NCBI RefSeq assembly: GCF_018977255.1
Contig: NW_024705404.1
Location: 1 to 47,901, forward strand
Source: Callorhinchus milii
Taxonomy: Eukaryota
Direction of reading: 5' to 3'
DNA: 47,901 nucleotides
Below the pieces are notes generated by a model, which was not told where the DNA came from, searched no databases, and saw only the letters and a list, made by a program, of their open reading frames with translations. Below are positions 10,916 through 23,595 of this stretch, in pieces. Positions within the stretch are counted from its first letter, which is position 1. Every line of letters begins with the position of its first letter. The translations under genes were made by a program, and so were the position numbers.

Positions 10916-12404
10916 AGCTTATTTTAGTTTAACGTGATTCTGTCCATTCACTTCATAGTATATTCTGGTAAATGCTTTCAAATGGCATCAATACTAATTG
11001 CTTTCGACATCACACAATTGAGACTTCTGAAAACCATCCGCGGTATGTAGTGTAAAGTGAACCGATCATGTATTTTGTGGGTGATCAGTGGCTGATAAAC
11101 ATGCACAGTGACGCCCTATAAACATCCGTGGAATGAGTGATCCATTTATTATACACCTTTGCTGAAGCACGGTTACACTCAGAGAGCAAACCTGCAATCG
11201 ACTAACACCTGGGATCCCACTTAATAAATGTGAAACAGAGGCCTGAGTCTGAAATGCGGAAATTTTCACTGAGGTCTCCCGCTGTCCTGCCCGGGAATCG
11301 AAGCTGTGTCCTCTAACTTGCGAAGCGAGCGCTCCAAATACTTCACTTCTAATACTATATAGTGCACAAATCATGCGCTGGGCATGTGCACACATACTTA
11401 TTGGCTATGGTGAGGATTGCTATCAGTAACTGGCAGAGAGCTGTCATGTTGGCTGCTGAGGTGTAGACAGATAATGGACTCAGTTCCTTTGTATATCGTT
11501 GTGTTGCTGCTTCAGTGACAAGTTGTGAGGATGCGGCTGATCTGACGCGTTCAGTGGTTTACTGTCTACAATTGTAGGCGTTTTCCGCAAACCAGAGGAT
11601 CTTGAAGTTGATTTTCTGGCGATTGTTAGCCAATAGGTCTGGGTTTTGAATTGTTTGGGAACATAGAGTAGCGTTTCACCCACAAAGAATTTATTTGCAG
11701 TATATGCTGCGAAGTGCTTTGACACGCCTCGAAGAAGTGATAACACGCTCTAACTGTCATTGCATTAATGTTGTTGATGCTGAACCATGCAGACTAGCCT
11801 AAAGGAAAACAGATTTACTTTCTCTCTTCACGGCTGAGGTGAATATGCGCATGTATTGCTGGTAATATGTGGAGTCACAATGATGTTGTCTCAGGACTCA
11901 CGTCGACACTTTGAGCTCACACTCCAGACATACAATCAAAGTCAACACTCCATGAGGGCTGTATTGACAGTATCCCCCAGATAAAGGCCATCACTCAATT
12001 TATAATATTTATGTGGAAATTAGCGTATGCAAATGCCCTAGTTTGCTTGCCTATGAATTGCAGTAACGTATTTTTAATTTGCTAACATTAATCTCTTTGA
12101 AACACCGCCAACATGAAAGACGCTACATGAAAGGCAACGATTATTATATTTTATCGCTGTCCAGTTCTGTTTTCATTTACGTCGAAGACAGAGCAACTAT
12201 ATAAGATAGTTCTTCAATTCCCATATCAAAATAAATTAGGTCAGTGTTAATCTTCTTCCCAAATTAATACAAAACAAATCATTTTAATGTGTGAAAATTG
12301 ATTCATGTATTGGCCTACACCATACTGTGAATTCTTTTTTACAGAAACGAATATTAAACGCTTGGCCACAGCCTCCAACTTACAAGGCGCTGTATCAGAG
12401 GCAA

Positions 12405-12640
12405 GTATTATGATTATTATAATTATATTACAATTATTACAATTATTATAATTATTATAATTATTATAATAATTATTATATTTATTATCATAATTATTAT
12501 ATTTGTTATTATTATAATTATTATTATAATTATTATTATTATAATTATTATTATTATAATTATTATTATTATAATTATTATTATAATTATTATTATCTTT
12601 TCTATTACTGTTATAGTTATTATAATTATTGTGATTATTA
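12405..12640. repeat. AT-rich (ATT/TAA)n-type degenerate tandem repeat
   Basis: Visible runs of attattataattattattatt. Confidence 0.9.
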
Positions 12641-13724
12641 TCGTTTTCCCGTCCTTCTTAGCATTGCATCAAACTAAGGAATCTGCAAACTCAGATATCC
12701 AAATTAAATTAAACAAAGTGAGCTTTAATCATCTTCTGAAATTAAACAAAAGCTAACGACCATATTCCCGTTAATAAAAGCAAACGCATTTATTAACGCA
12801 GTGACATCCACTGAAGGGCCGCTGCTTATTTGGGAGAAAGATAATAAAATACAAAATATGCAATTGAAATTGCTTCCTGAGCAGTCTAAAGCCATGCTGT
12901 AAACAAAGTTTGTACTTTACGTTTGAAGCAGCCATAGCTTGTATGAGGGAACTATGTCAACTGTACCAGGAAGCACCTGTTGTTGCTTCCAAGAAAGTTA
13001 GTTACAGAAAGAAACGTGTCAATTTATGAGAGTTGCAGCTCCTGTTCTATATTTAGTTCGCCATCTGCTGATGGACTGTAGCTGCAGCACGAGTGCAATT
13101 GGAGACATCTGATTGTAAATTGTTTTACACCATTTTATATTTAGAATTGTGAACGGCGCTATATAGTACTAAGTTGTTTTGACGTTTTCGTACTTATTAA
13201 GTTGCCAAAGGAAAACAAATGCATATGGTAGAACTTCTCAGAATGTAAGACTTTTGAGGTTATTTCTGTGAATATAATATAATAATAATCCTTGCATTTG
13301 ATATAGCGCTTTTCACGTCGATTATATGTAATAATAATCATTGCATCCTTGCTTTTGATATAGCGTTCATCACGTCTGCGAAACGCCTCCAAGTGCTTCG
13401 CAGAATATGTTGTAAACCAGTTAACTGCATATTGTGTAGCCGAAGCAAAGCAACATATTGTTCACGTCAATCCCTTTGGATTGAGGGATCAATTTATTAT
13501 TATTACTATGTTGAAGAACTTATCACAGCTGGAAAAGAGATTCAACATTGGACCAACAACCATACTGCAAGTTAACCAGAGGTGTGTTGCTGCGTGGAGA
13601 AGGGAAACTTGCACAATGATTGGTTCTGGTGGTTTCGTTTGCGAGGCGAGTCCTCCAACTATTGAGCTACACGACTGCACTTGTCAGTTTTTGTACAGCT
13701 AAGTCGCTGATCTACGCCACTGTG

Positions 13725-14606
13725 GGGCTCAGTGCACAGTAATACCCCGCGGTGTCTGTAACTCTCACATGAGATATATTTAATGGGACGGTTCGCTCCG
13801 CTTTAGACACATTCGTTGAAAAGCGTTCCTTTGCGAAGTCCGCGTGATCCGGGAACTTGTTGCTGGTGTCTGTTCTAAGGATATATTCTGGAGGTTTGTT
13901 GGGACAGTGACGGTACCAGAACAGATAGGGATTATTGTCGTTTGTAGCTGTGTAATTACACTGCAGATAAACAGTCTCCCCTTCTTTCACTGTTACAGTA
14001 GATTGGAGCTGTGTCACAGAGTCTGCTCCACAATGTCCTGAAAAACAGAGAGATATCAGCGTTCAACACAACAGCAACAACAGCAATACAAATCGATTTA
14101 ATAATTGGATTTGTTGTGGCCGCTAATCACACGGTTCAGACGTCTGCAAATGCTTCACAGAATATATATTTGCTTTGTAGTTTGTGGGCGAAACGTGGCA
14201 GTTAATTGCGCGCAACATTCTCCCACAAAGAGCATTGCATTGAATGAACGCATTCTTATTGTTATCAAAATTACAATTATTTTTGAGCACTATTTCCCCC
14301 CGAAATCTGATCCAATTAAAAAATGTGTAGCTATTTAGCGCTGGGTAAACAGAGGTTTGTATTTGTAGTGTGAGGAAACTCGCCTCATGTCACGCCCGGG
14401 AACCGAACCCACTTCCTCACGCTTCGGAGGCCAGTTCGCTATACGCTGAGCAACAGGACTAAATGAGTCGTGTAGTATGTTGGATATTTAATGCAACAAA
14501 ACATACGGAATAAAACAGGGATGATATGTGCAGCAACCAGACTGATAGAGCGACTTTATGGCTTACCTGACAAGATAATCATGGCTGCTGTCACATAGAT
14601 ATGCAT
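13725..14606 (-). CDS. TCR alpha/delta V segment, apparently intact
   Basis: Leader 14606-14567 (MHIYVTAAMIILS, G|GTAAG). V exon 14037-13725 (ADSVTQLQSTVTVKEGETVYLQC...WYRHCP...DTAGYYCALSP). RSS CACAGTG-23bp-ACAAAAACT (13724-13686). Confidence 0.9.
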
Positions 14607-15862
14607 TGACATGTGTATGTATTGGGGCGGAGCGTTGAGAAATAGCTGATGGTGTAGTTGGAGAATTTTGGCTTGAAGGCAGCAGGATACCGTGAGGAGG
14701 GCTTAACAGCAAATGACATGCAGAAGTTTCCATGTACTGTGAGGGAGCAGTGGTTTGGGTTATACACAAACCTCGTGTCTCTGTCATTTTGCGTCATCTT
14801 CTCTGCTCTGCCATCTCGCTCCTCCATTGGTTCTTTTCCACCAAGGATATGTTTTTGTTCAGCCGAGTGTCTGACACCTGCTTCGAGTTACACCCATATT
14901 TGGGTTCATCCAAAACACATTAATGATTTCCGCCTGTGAGTGACATCTGTGCATGTAAATGTTACCATGGGTCGGAACTTGCTTGATGACCCTGGTTTGT
15001 TATACTTCACAGGCTACTTGGCGCAGAATGGCAAGAAACATGACTTGGGGAGGCAAATCTACCTTGAGCTACATTCCGATTATGTAATCAATAATTCACT
15101 TTTATTATTAATGTCTAGTCTTGATTACACCAACTGTTTGCTGGCATGGTTACCCTTCTTTCGCTTCAGAATCTACAGAGTATCCACACGTTTCCATCTA
15201 TGACAATAGCAATGATAGAATATGCTATAGTGCCTTGTCATGACATCAAGTCGTCGCAAAGGGCTTCACAGTATTTGATGGTAATAATCATTACGTTTCA
15301 TATGCCGCCTTGTCACATCTTTCAGACGTCTCAAAGCATCTAATTCAATATGCAGCAACAACAAAAATACGTTTTTAATTGTAGTAGTTGAAATTAATTA
15401 ATTGCATGTTTTTTCGGGAGAAATTGGGTGGACAATTGAGCTGAGCAATGGCACTTGAACTATCTTGCATTGAATGATCAAATTTGTTTTAATTATTATA
15501 TATCTTTTTAAAAACCTTTGTGGGATTATCCCACGCAGCAAAACAATCTGACTTTCGACTGAGCGAGCTTTTTCCTACTTACTGCTATGTAAAACGAAAG
15601 AAACGTATGCAGTATTGAAACTTGACTGAGGTTTCTCCCTGTCACGCCCGGGAATTGAACACAGGTCCTCTCGCTATAAACACTGAGTTAAGGGATATCA
15701 GGATCCAGCAGACGTGACATAAGCATGTCGTCATTAACAAGGAAATTGAGGGTAACTGAGTGGCAGTGAGTGCTGAGCAGTTATTGTGATGAACAAGAGG
15801 GGAATTGCTGACTGATCACTGGGGGTGTGTGTACGGCCTCTCCATGTGATTGTCTCACTGTG

Positions 15863-16310
15863 TCTCCAGTGCACACACGTAGGTGGCGGCGTCTGTCACT
15901 TCTGTTCCTGTGATGGTCAGATTACTGCCCTTCTCTCTATAGTTCATTATAGCTGTGATCCTCTCCTTCTGCTGCTTTCCTGTCTTTCCTGTTACCAAGT
16001 GTGTGAGAGCCTGGTTCGGATACTCTCTGTACCATTGTAAGGCCTGATTGGTATCTGTTGTGGAACAGCTGATAAAGACTTGTTCCTTCTCCCCAACAGT
16101 CACAAAGAGTGGCGTCTGGTAGACTTTCTCCTGACCACTGACTCCTGGTAAACGAAAGAAAATCTGTTAATGAAACTAACTCGTTAATTGTGGCCGAATT
16201 AAACACATCTCTCACAAAAGGCAAGCGAGATTTGTCTGTGAAGCATACTCACCCCAAAAGAACACGGCAGCTTTCAGGAGGATGAAGAGTAAAGTGTTTT
16301 CGCACTTCAT
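15863..16310 (-). CDS. TCR alpha/delta V segment, apparently intact
   Basis: Leader 16310-16253 (MKCENTLLFILLKAAVFFW, G|GTGAGT). V exon 16144-15863 (QEKVYQTPLFVTVGEKEQVFISC...LQWYRE...DAATYVCALE). RSS CACAGTG-23bp-ACACACACC (15862-15824). Confidence 0.85.
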
Positions 16311-17299
16311 AGCCAATCTTTCAGCGCTTTAGTGAAGAAACTAAAATCTCCTTTAAAACCGTAGGCAGTTGTCCTTACTCCACACGTCTCTGTTTAACGA
16401 AGAGTAAACAGGAACCCGACTGCGAGTCGATCGGTGGATCGCTTTACAGGACTAATAATCCCTCAAAAAGATAGTCAGTCAATCCACGACCCTTCGAGAT
16501 ACTCCGCGGTGCACGGTTCGTCCTCGAGTTTCGCCCAATCTTTACCCGGTCACTGGATTTGAGAATGTATTGCATGAAGCGCTTTGAGAAGCCTCAGCGA
16601 CGAGATAAGGCACTGTCTCAAACGTGAAAGACTGTTAAGGTAGAGACAGTCAAAAGAATGTAGGAAGAGGTATTCCGTGGAAGGCCCGGAGTATGTGCGG
16701 ACAGCTGGACAATGGCCTAATATGTGTTGGCTTCACATCCCCGGGGGCACAGTGTCAATTTGGTAACGAGCTGAAACGAGCCATTGAGAGGGTTCAAAGC
16801 GAATGGGGATCAGTTCCTCAGATGACTCTGCCCCAGTTAGTTGAAAGTTTACTTCCCGCCCCTTTCCGCTCTTGGTTTCTGGTTTAGAGCCGTTTGGGTA
16901 CAACACACTCGTTTTCTCGCATAATTTATGACTGCAAGTGATTGTAATGTACTATTGATTCTGATGAATAACGCTTCATATTTTAACGTTTATTTTTTCT
17001 AAACTATGCGTCTGACATATTTGGAAGCCAATCACCATGCTTATGATTATCCAAACCAAACTGAGAGATATCGTAATAATCCTTGCATTTGAGACGTCTC
17101 AAAGCGCTTGAGAGGCAATAAGTTAAATTGTAGTGACTGTTTGTTTGGTGGGATAAAACAGTAGCCAAATTGCTCTAACGTTTTGTCCAACCGAGAATCG
17201 AACCCAGGCCCTGTCGTCTGTGAGACGAGTGCTTTAACCATTGAGCTACAATATCCCCAATGTTTTTGTACAGATTTCTCTTACACACGCAACACTGTG

Positions 17300-17580
17300 C
17301 TCACCGCACAGAAGTAAGTGGCGGTGTCCGACACCCGCACGCCTTGGATTGATAGACTGCTTCTTTTTATCTTTTACAACCTTCGAAGCCCTTATGCTGT
17401 CCTTCACGTTAACCTCACTTGTTCCCAAAACCCAAAACAGGATAGAGCCGTTTCCATACTGTTTGTACCATTGAAAGAAAGAGTTGGACGCAGTGGCGGT
17501 GCACTCCACAGATACGTTTCCTTTTTCATTCTCTGACAAGGCCCGAGTTCTCTGTGACACCTCGTTTTCAGCCAAAACAC
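17300..17580 (-). pseudogene. TCR V pseudogene exon (+1 frameshift in FR3)
   Basis: AENEVSQ...VEC...FQWYKQ in one frame and QGVRVSDTATYFCAV in another, due to an extra A in the AAAAAGAAGC run near 17360-17368. RSS CACAGTG-23bp-ACAAAAACA (17299-17261). Possible leader 18109-18043 contains an in-frame TGA. Confidence 0.82.
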
Positions 17581-17599
17581 CTGAAAAGATCATAAATAA

Positions 17600-17844
17600 A
17601 TGAAGATGAATCACAAAGTCAGCGAGAGAAAGCCCGGGAGAGACAGACAGACAGAGAAATTGGGCAAAAATATAACGTAAAGTGTAGTGACTTTCTGTTT
17701 TGTGGGAAAGACTGAGAGATTGACTAAGAGAGAGACAGAGGGAGAAAATACATAAGAACATGTATGGACCTTGCTTTTGTGGGAGAGACTCAGAGAGAGA
17801 GAGGGATAGGTAGAGAGCGAGGGAGAAAGGGGGAGAGAGGGGAC

Positions 17845-17875
<31 letters not shown>

Positions 17876-18040
17876 AGAGAGACGAAGATAGACGGAGATA
17901 GAGATGGAGGCGAGAGGGAGAGAGACATCGATACAGAGAGAGACTCATGGTGACTCAGAGAGAAAGACTGCGAGCGAAACGAAGAGACTGAGATAGGCTT
18001 AGAGACACTGAGAGAAAGACAGAGAAGGTGAGAGACTCAT
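17600..18040. repeat. GA-rich microsatellite / low-complexity tract
   Basis: (GA)n and GAGG runs inside the putative V intron. Confidence 0.85.
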
Positions 18041-18403
18041 ACCACACTTTCATGAGAGGGAAAACATTATATTAAAAATACTATACGTTGCATTGAAATT
18101 CCGCTTCATCCTCAACTCTCAAATCAAAATCTCTGGTTGAAATGCAACCAGAAATCAGCAAAAGGGCTGCAAAAGTTTAAAAAATTTGACGAACGCCGTT
18201 AACGTTGTAGGTTATAATTATATTCTATGTGACGGCTTCACTAACTGCTCACTCCCTGTATATTTGTTTGTGCTAAATTCATTCGCCAATCGATATATTG
18301 ATCGATATGTCAACAGAGGCGTTTGTTTGGATGAAGAAAACTCTCCCAACATTGCTCCTTGTTCGAGAAGTGAACACTCGCCCTCTCCATTATGATGAAT
18401 TAG

Positions 18404-18445
<42 letters not shown>

Positions 18446-20169
18446 TCAGTCTGTCTCTCTCCGTCTCCGTCTATCTCTCTCAATCTCAGTCTATCACGCT
18501 CTCTGAGTCTCCCTCACAGACTCTCTACAAACGATAATCTACAGCACTTTCTCCTTGACATATTTCCAGAGAGCCTGAGGATAGACTTGAGGCTCGACCA
18601 CCAATAGTATGCGGAATTGAGGAGTCCAGATGGTCACCATTGCTTTTGATGGTCCCAGTTGATCCGGGTTTATTTCCAGGAAAGGGCGAAATATTAGGCA
18701 CGTTTCCGTAATGGACACCAACGTTCCTGCAGCAGTAATATGGAAGCCGCTTATTAGTCGATTTCGGGATCGCTTTCTGGTGGAGATAATCCCTTCATAT
18801 TAATAATGATAATACTTCTCAACCCATGGTTGTACGTGGGACACGGCCGCGCGCAATTCGGTGCCACGTTTCGCCCAAAAAATACAGAGTCAATTCATTT
18901 TACAGGTCATGGTGTGAAGCGTTTGAGATATTTTCAACAACAACAAAGTTACATTTATAGAGCCCTTTCATGTCTCAAAGCGCAGATTTTCAAAAGATGA
19001 GAAGTGCGCGTATCAAATCCAAGGATTATTGTTACTGATGAAATTGGAAGTAGAATTTGCATTATTTAATTCTCACCCACTGATAATGATAATAATATAA
19101 CAATATAAGAGTATTATTATTATATTATTATTTTTCCTGCCTCAGAGACCTCTTGACTCTGTACCAACCTACTCGATGCCTCTCTTTGGAGATCTCCTTC
19201 TGCTTCACATTCCCTGCCTCCCCTACCCCGCCATTAGTGGGTGAACCTTCAGCCACTCCACCACAAAACTCTCGGTGCAGTCCCACCGACTCGCCCTCTC
19301 ACTTGACCCATCTAAAGACGGTCTATTCCCACCTTGTTGTCAGTTACCCTACGTCCCGACAAATACACCACCCGCACCCACACTACACACCCATCCCCCC
19401 CCTCTCCCCAATAAGTTCTTTTCACATCCTCACAAGGAGGACCAGTGACGTTGCAATGAATGTGGCACAGCGGAATATCAATTCCTGGTGGCAATAAATT
19501 GATAATGCAATTTTCAAGTTTAATATGAACGCAGTGTAAACCACAATAAACAATTTTATTCCTCAAATACAAAACAGCCACCAGGACAGAGGCAGAGGAT
19601 CTGGTTTGGTTTCACTGTCTGACCACTCTCTAGCATTGGGTGATGATAACCAGATCGAGTGAAAGAGTTGTGCAATTAGTGACATCGGATTTATTGGGGA
19701 ATTGCTTGTTTACATAAACAGATTAAAAGCGAATGAGAGTGCATTTTTCAAATATAAAACAACACCGAAAAATAGCTCCCAGTCGCGGTCTTACGTGCAG
19801 GATCCAAAACGAACGTAGATTATTTGTACTTTTGTAGAAAAAGTAAGAGTTTATTAATTGAATTTTATTGGATCTGTAATACCGTGGCCAGTTTCTGGGT
19901 GGTGTTATTGTACTGCAACAGTGGAAGGAATTAACTGCTTCTATTGCAGGCTTTATAGGCATTCCTATCTGTCAGATCTTGGGGGCATTTGAAATCCCCC
20001 CTCCCCATTCAGTGCTTGATTATTGACAGCTGTAGGTGACCAGGAAACTGGAGTAAGTGGCGCTGCAGGGGTTCAACTGGCAAGTCTTTCCGAAGCGCAG
20101 GCTGCTACACATTTTTAATTTGTTGCTGCATATTGTTGTTGCCACTCCCTATTCACACAGAAATCCACA

Positions 20170-21010
20170 AACAGCCCTTCCCATCCTCAACCGAACCCAG
20201 TCCCTTCACATTCTCACTCATATCTAGCCCCTATCCCTCGTCACTCAAATCCATCCCCTCCCCATCCACAGCAGCAATGAGCCCCTTCCCAGCTTCACAC
20301 TGAACCGGATTCTCCCAATCCTCGCACGATTCCCTTACCTCCCCATCGTCACCCACAAAAATGCCCTCACCACCCAGAACCACTCTCAGCACCTCGCATT
20401 CAGCAACCGCTCCCAGTCACTCCTCATCCTCACACACACCCAGCCCCTCCCCATCCTCACACACTGCAAGCAGCTCGCCATGCTGACACACACCCAGCCC
20501 TTCCCCATCCTCACACACACCCAGCACCTCCCCATCCTCACCCACTGGTAGCACTTCCCCATGCTGACACACACCCAGACCTTCCCCATCCTCACACACA
20601 GCCAGTCACTCCCCATCCGCACACACACAGCACCTCCCCAAAACTCAAACACTGCCCCGACTCATCCTCACCAAACACACAGCCCATCCTCTTTCACAAC
20701 AGCTCCCAGCCCCTCCCCATCCTCACACACTGTGAGCATCTCCCCATTCTTACACACACCCAGCCCTTCCCCATCCAAACACACACCCAGTCACTCTCCA
20801 TCCGCACACACACACACAGCACCTCCCCAAAACTCAAACACTGCCCATACTCATCCTCACCAAACACACAGCCCATCCCCTTTCACAACCGCTCCCAGCC
20901 CCTCCCCATCCTCTCACACACACCCAGCCCCTCCCCGTCCACGCATTCAACCAGCCCGTCCCCAATGTCACAAATACACAGCCACTCCCCATCCTCACCC
21001 ACACCAAGCT
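20170..21010. repeat. Diverged C/A-rich tandem repeat (units like cacacacccagcccttccccatcct)
   Basis: Repeated ~30-bp units plus a larger internal duplication. Source of the repetitive ORFs (VCVRMG...). Confidence 0.85.
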
Positions 21011-21024
21011 CCTCCTTGTTATAG

Positions 21025-21444
21025 TGACCAGCTGAGCACGAACACCATAATCACCAGATCAGCAGTAAAACCATGTTGATGATCTCGGCACTAACACTAT
21101 GTTGACCAGCTCAGCAATAGCAACATGGTGACCAGCTCAGCACTGTCACTATGCTGACCAGCTCAGCATTAACACCATGGTGACCAGCTCAGCATTAACA
21201 CCATGGTGACCAGCTCAGCACTAACACCATGGTGACCAGCTCAGCACTAACACCATGGTAATCAATTCAGCACTAACACCATGGTGACCCGCTCACTCTG
21301 AACACCATGGTGACCAGCTCAGCAGTAACACCATGGTAACCAGCTCAGCACTAACACCATGGTGACCAGCTCAGCACTCACGCCATGGTGACCAGCTCAG
21401 CACTGACCCCATGGTCACCAGCTCACCACTAACACCATGGTGAC
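21025..21444. repeat. 26-bp minisatellite (TGACCAGCTCAGCACTAACACCATGG), ~16 copies
   Basis: Head-to-tail copies without spacers, degenerate toward the left edge. Confidence 0.92.
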
Positions 21445-22678
21445 TGTGGGAATGTAAGAAGTCTAAGATACGTAAAGTACAGAGTGTCTAGACTATGATA
21501 ATGTTAAAGTTGTTTTTTACGCAACAACGTAGATAAATTGGAGCAGAACCAGTGTCCTTGTCCTGTCCTTTCTGTAAATGTATAACCGAACTTGTGTTGA
21601 CTGAGCGTTGCTTGTCAATCAACAGCAAGAATTATTTTGAGATACGAGGTGTTCGCAAATAATGATGTATATAAACTGATGGGACTGCCCCATTGGCAGA
21701 GGAAGAGTACCGTTTCCTCTGAGAGACGTGCTATTGTATTGCCTCTCGCTTTCTCTTTCCTTCCTGCAAGGATTAAATAAACTATATTTCTGAGCTAACC
21801 CTGTTTCTGAGTGTCCGTTTAATCCTATCTGTAGCGACTACATCCTGGATTCGACAGACAGGAGCCTCAATCTGTCTGCAACCTTGATTCTGGATTGTCG
21901 ACGGGTACTGACCTGGGAGTTTTACTGTGTTTCTTTCCGTGAACTGTGAGTTTTGGTGGTCAGTTTGGTGGGAATATTTAATCTGTTTTGTAAGATATTC
22001 AAAGCTACCGAAAAGTAATGAACCCATTAAGACAAGTGAGCAATCAATCGTTTAATTCGACATCACATCAGTTAACACGTAGAAAATATAATTCTTGCAG
22101 TTTAAGCAAGTGACAACGATAGGTTGCAGGAAAAACGATGATCCGGTCTTACTCGAGAGCAAATGTGTAATTCGTCTGATCACGTCTCTTGCTTTTGTTG
22201 GCTCTGATCTGCATGTGAAAACTACGCAGCTTAAAATGCAATTGTAGTTTAAATTAAGCAAGGCCTGAAGATGCACTTGCTCTTTTATACCTGCTCTTAA
22301 GATGTCCATCTGTTACTTGTGTATCGTGCTATTAGATAGTCCGTTGCTTTTCAATAGCTGTTTTCCTTAACATACCCGACCCTTTGCTCCCTTGTCTCTC
22401 CCGACCTCTCTTTCCTCAACCAATCATTTTTTCCTGATTGATTTCAATTCAACAGCACTTTACTTTTGGGTTTTCATTGTGTCCCGTTTTGCTTTGTGTT
22501 CTATCCTTGACGATAACGTGTGCGTATACCATTTCTGTTTGGTTGATGTCGACTGTGAAATGGGGTTTTTGGCATATCCTGTAATCTCCAAAGCTAACCT
22601 GGGAAATCGGTCGCAGAGTGCAGCATTTCCCGATTTCTATTGAAATGAACATTGCATTAGAGTCGCCGGCAACATTTG

Positions 22679-23595
22679 TTAATTAGATAATTTAACAAAT
22701 AGATTTATTGGAAACTTCACCAATTTTTTCAGCTCCTCCCTAAATTTCGTCTGGGAAACCGCGTAAATGCACGTGTTTGTACAGGAACTCAAAAGCTGCA
22801 GCATGTAACCAGTTTGCCAGATAATATAAAAAGGATCCAAAGGGCCTTTGTGGAAATAACTTTTTGAAAACCTCCAATATATGTAAAATAAAACATACGT
22901 CATCCATAATAATATAAAACTGTTTGAAACCGCGAAGAGCAAAACAATGGATTTCCTTCTGTTCCTCATCTACGGATCAATGTCACTCGCTCTTCTATTC
23001 CTGTCCCCATTACTCCGTCCCCGCAATCTTTTGCGGGCTCGTCCGGCCATCAGTATGTGTCTGATCGTCAGTGCATTGAGCAGCAAAATAATGAGGAATG
23101 GGAGAATTGGTGTTAAAATAAAATTAAGCGTGTCAAACGCTTTCCATGCGAGTGAAGCGAAATAACTCGTTTTAGGATCGCAATCCCACGGTATATCTTT
23201 AATTATGTACCGTGGTTTAAATATAAAACCCCAGGGAACGTTTAACAGGACGCAAAGCACACTCAATATTGCTATCACTGCACCAGAAGTTTTTCCTGAG
23301 CAATATTTTGTTTTCAGATTTTGGCAACAAATAGCCACATGTCGATCAAAGGTGAAAGCCACAGTTAACCAGACAGAGATTGACGTTGTAGAAGCAGCCA
23401 GTATCATAAGGAGCGCACAAACATGTGTGATGGACACAAATGAATATGGGAAATGAGGAAGAATTATTCGATAGAAAATCACTGATGCGATAATCACGAA
23501 CAGATCTGCTGTGGACATGGCCACCAGATAGCGAGAGATACATTTGGAGAGTCCACACCGCCCTCGAGACAGGATTACAATCGACACCAGGTTTG
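22679..23595 (-). pseudogene. Class A GPCR main exon (GPR139/GPR142-like family expanded in cartilaginous fish) with premature stop
   Basis: (A)NLVSIVILSRGRCGLSKCISRYLVAMSTADL...FTFDRHVAIC...LLLNALTIRHIL...DIDP*MRNRRKSIVLLF...SSCTNTCIY: hydrophobic TM segments, DRY-like DRH, TM7 N-x-x-I-Y. In-frame TAG at 22972-22970. Phase-1 acceptor AG|CA at 23596/23595. Family name is from recalled motifs, not a search. Confidence 0.8.

Noticed and set aside
11760-11960. Promoter-like block similar to 10020-10110
   Set aside because: No convincing leader, V exon or RSS associated; at most a remnant.
21025-21444. Possible CRISPR-like array
   Set aside because: No unique spacers and a eukaryotic context; it is a minisatellite.
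21782-22309. Two short minus-strand ORFs downstream of the GPCR
   Set aside because: No recognisable domain or splice structure; probably non-coding.
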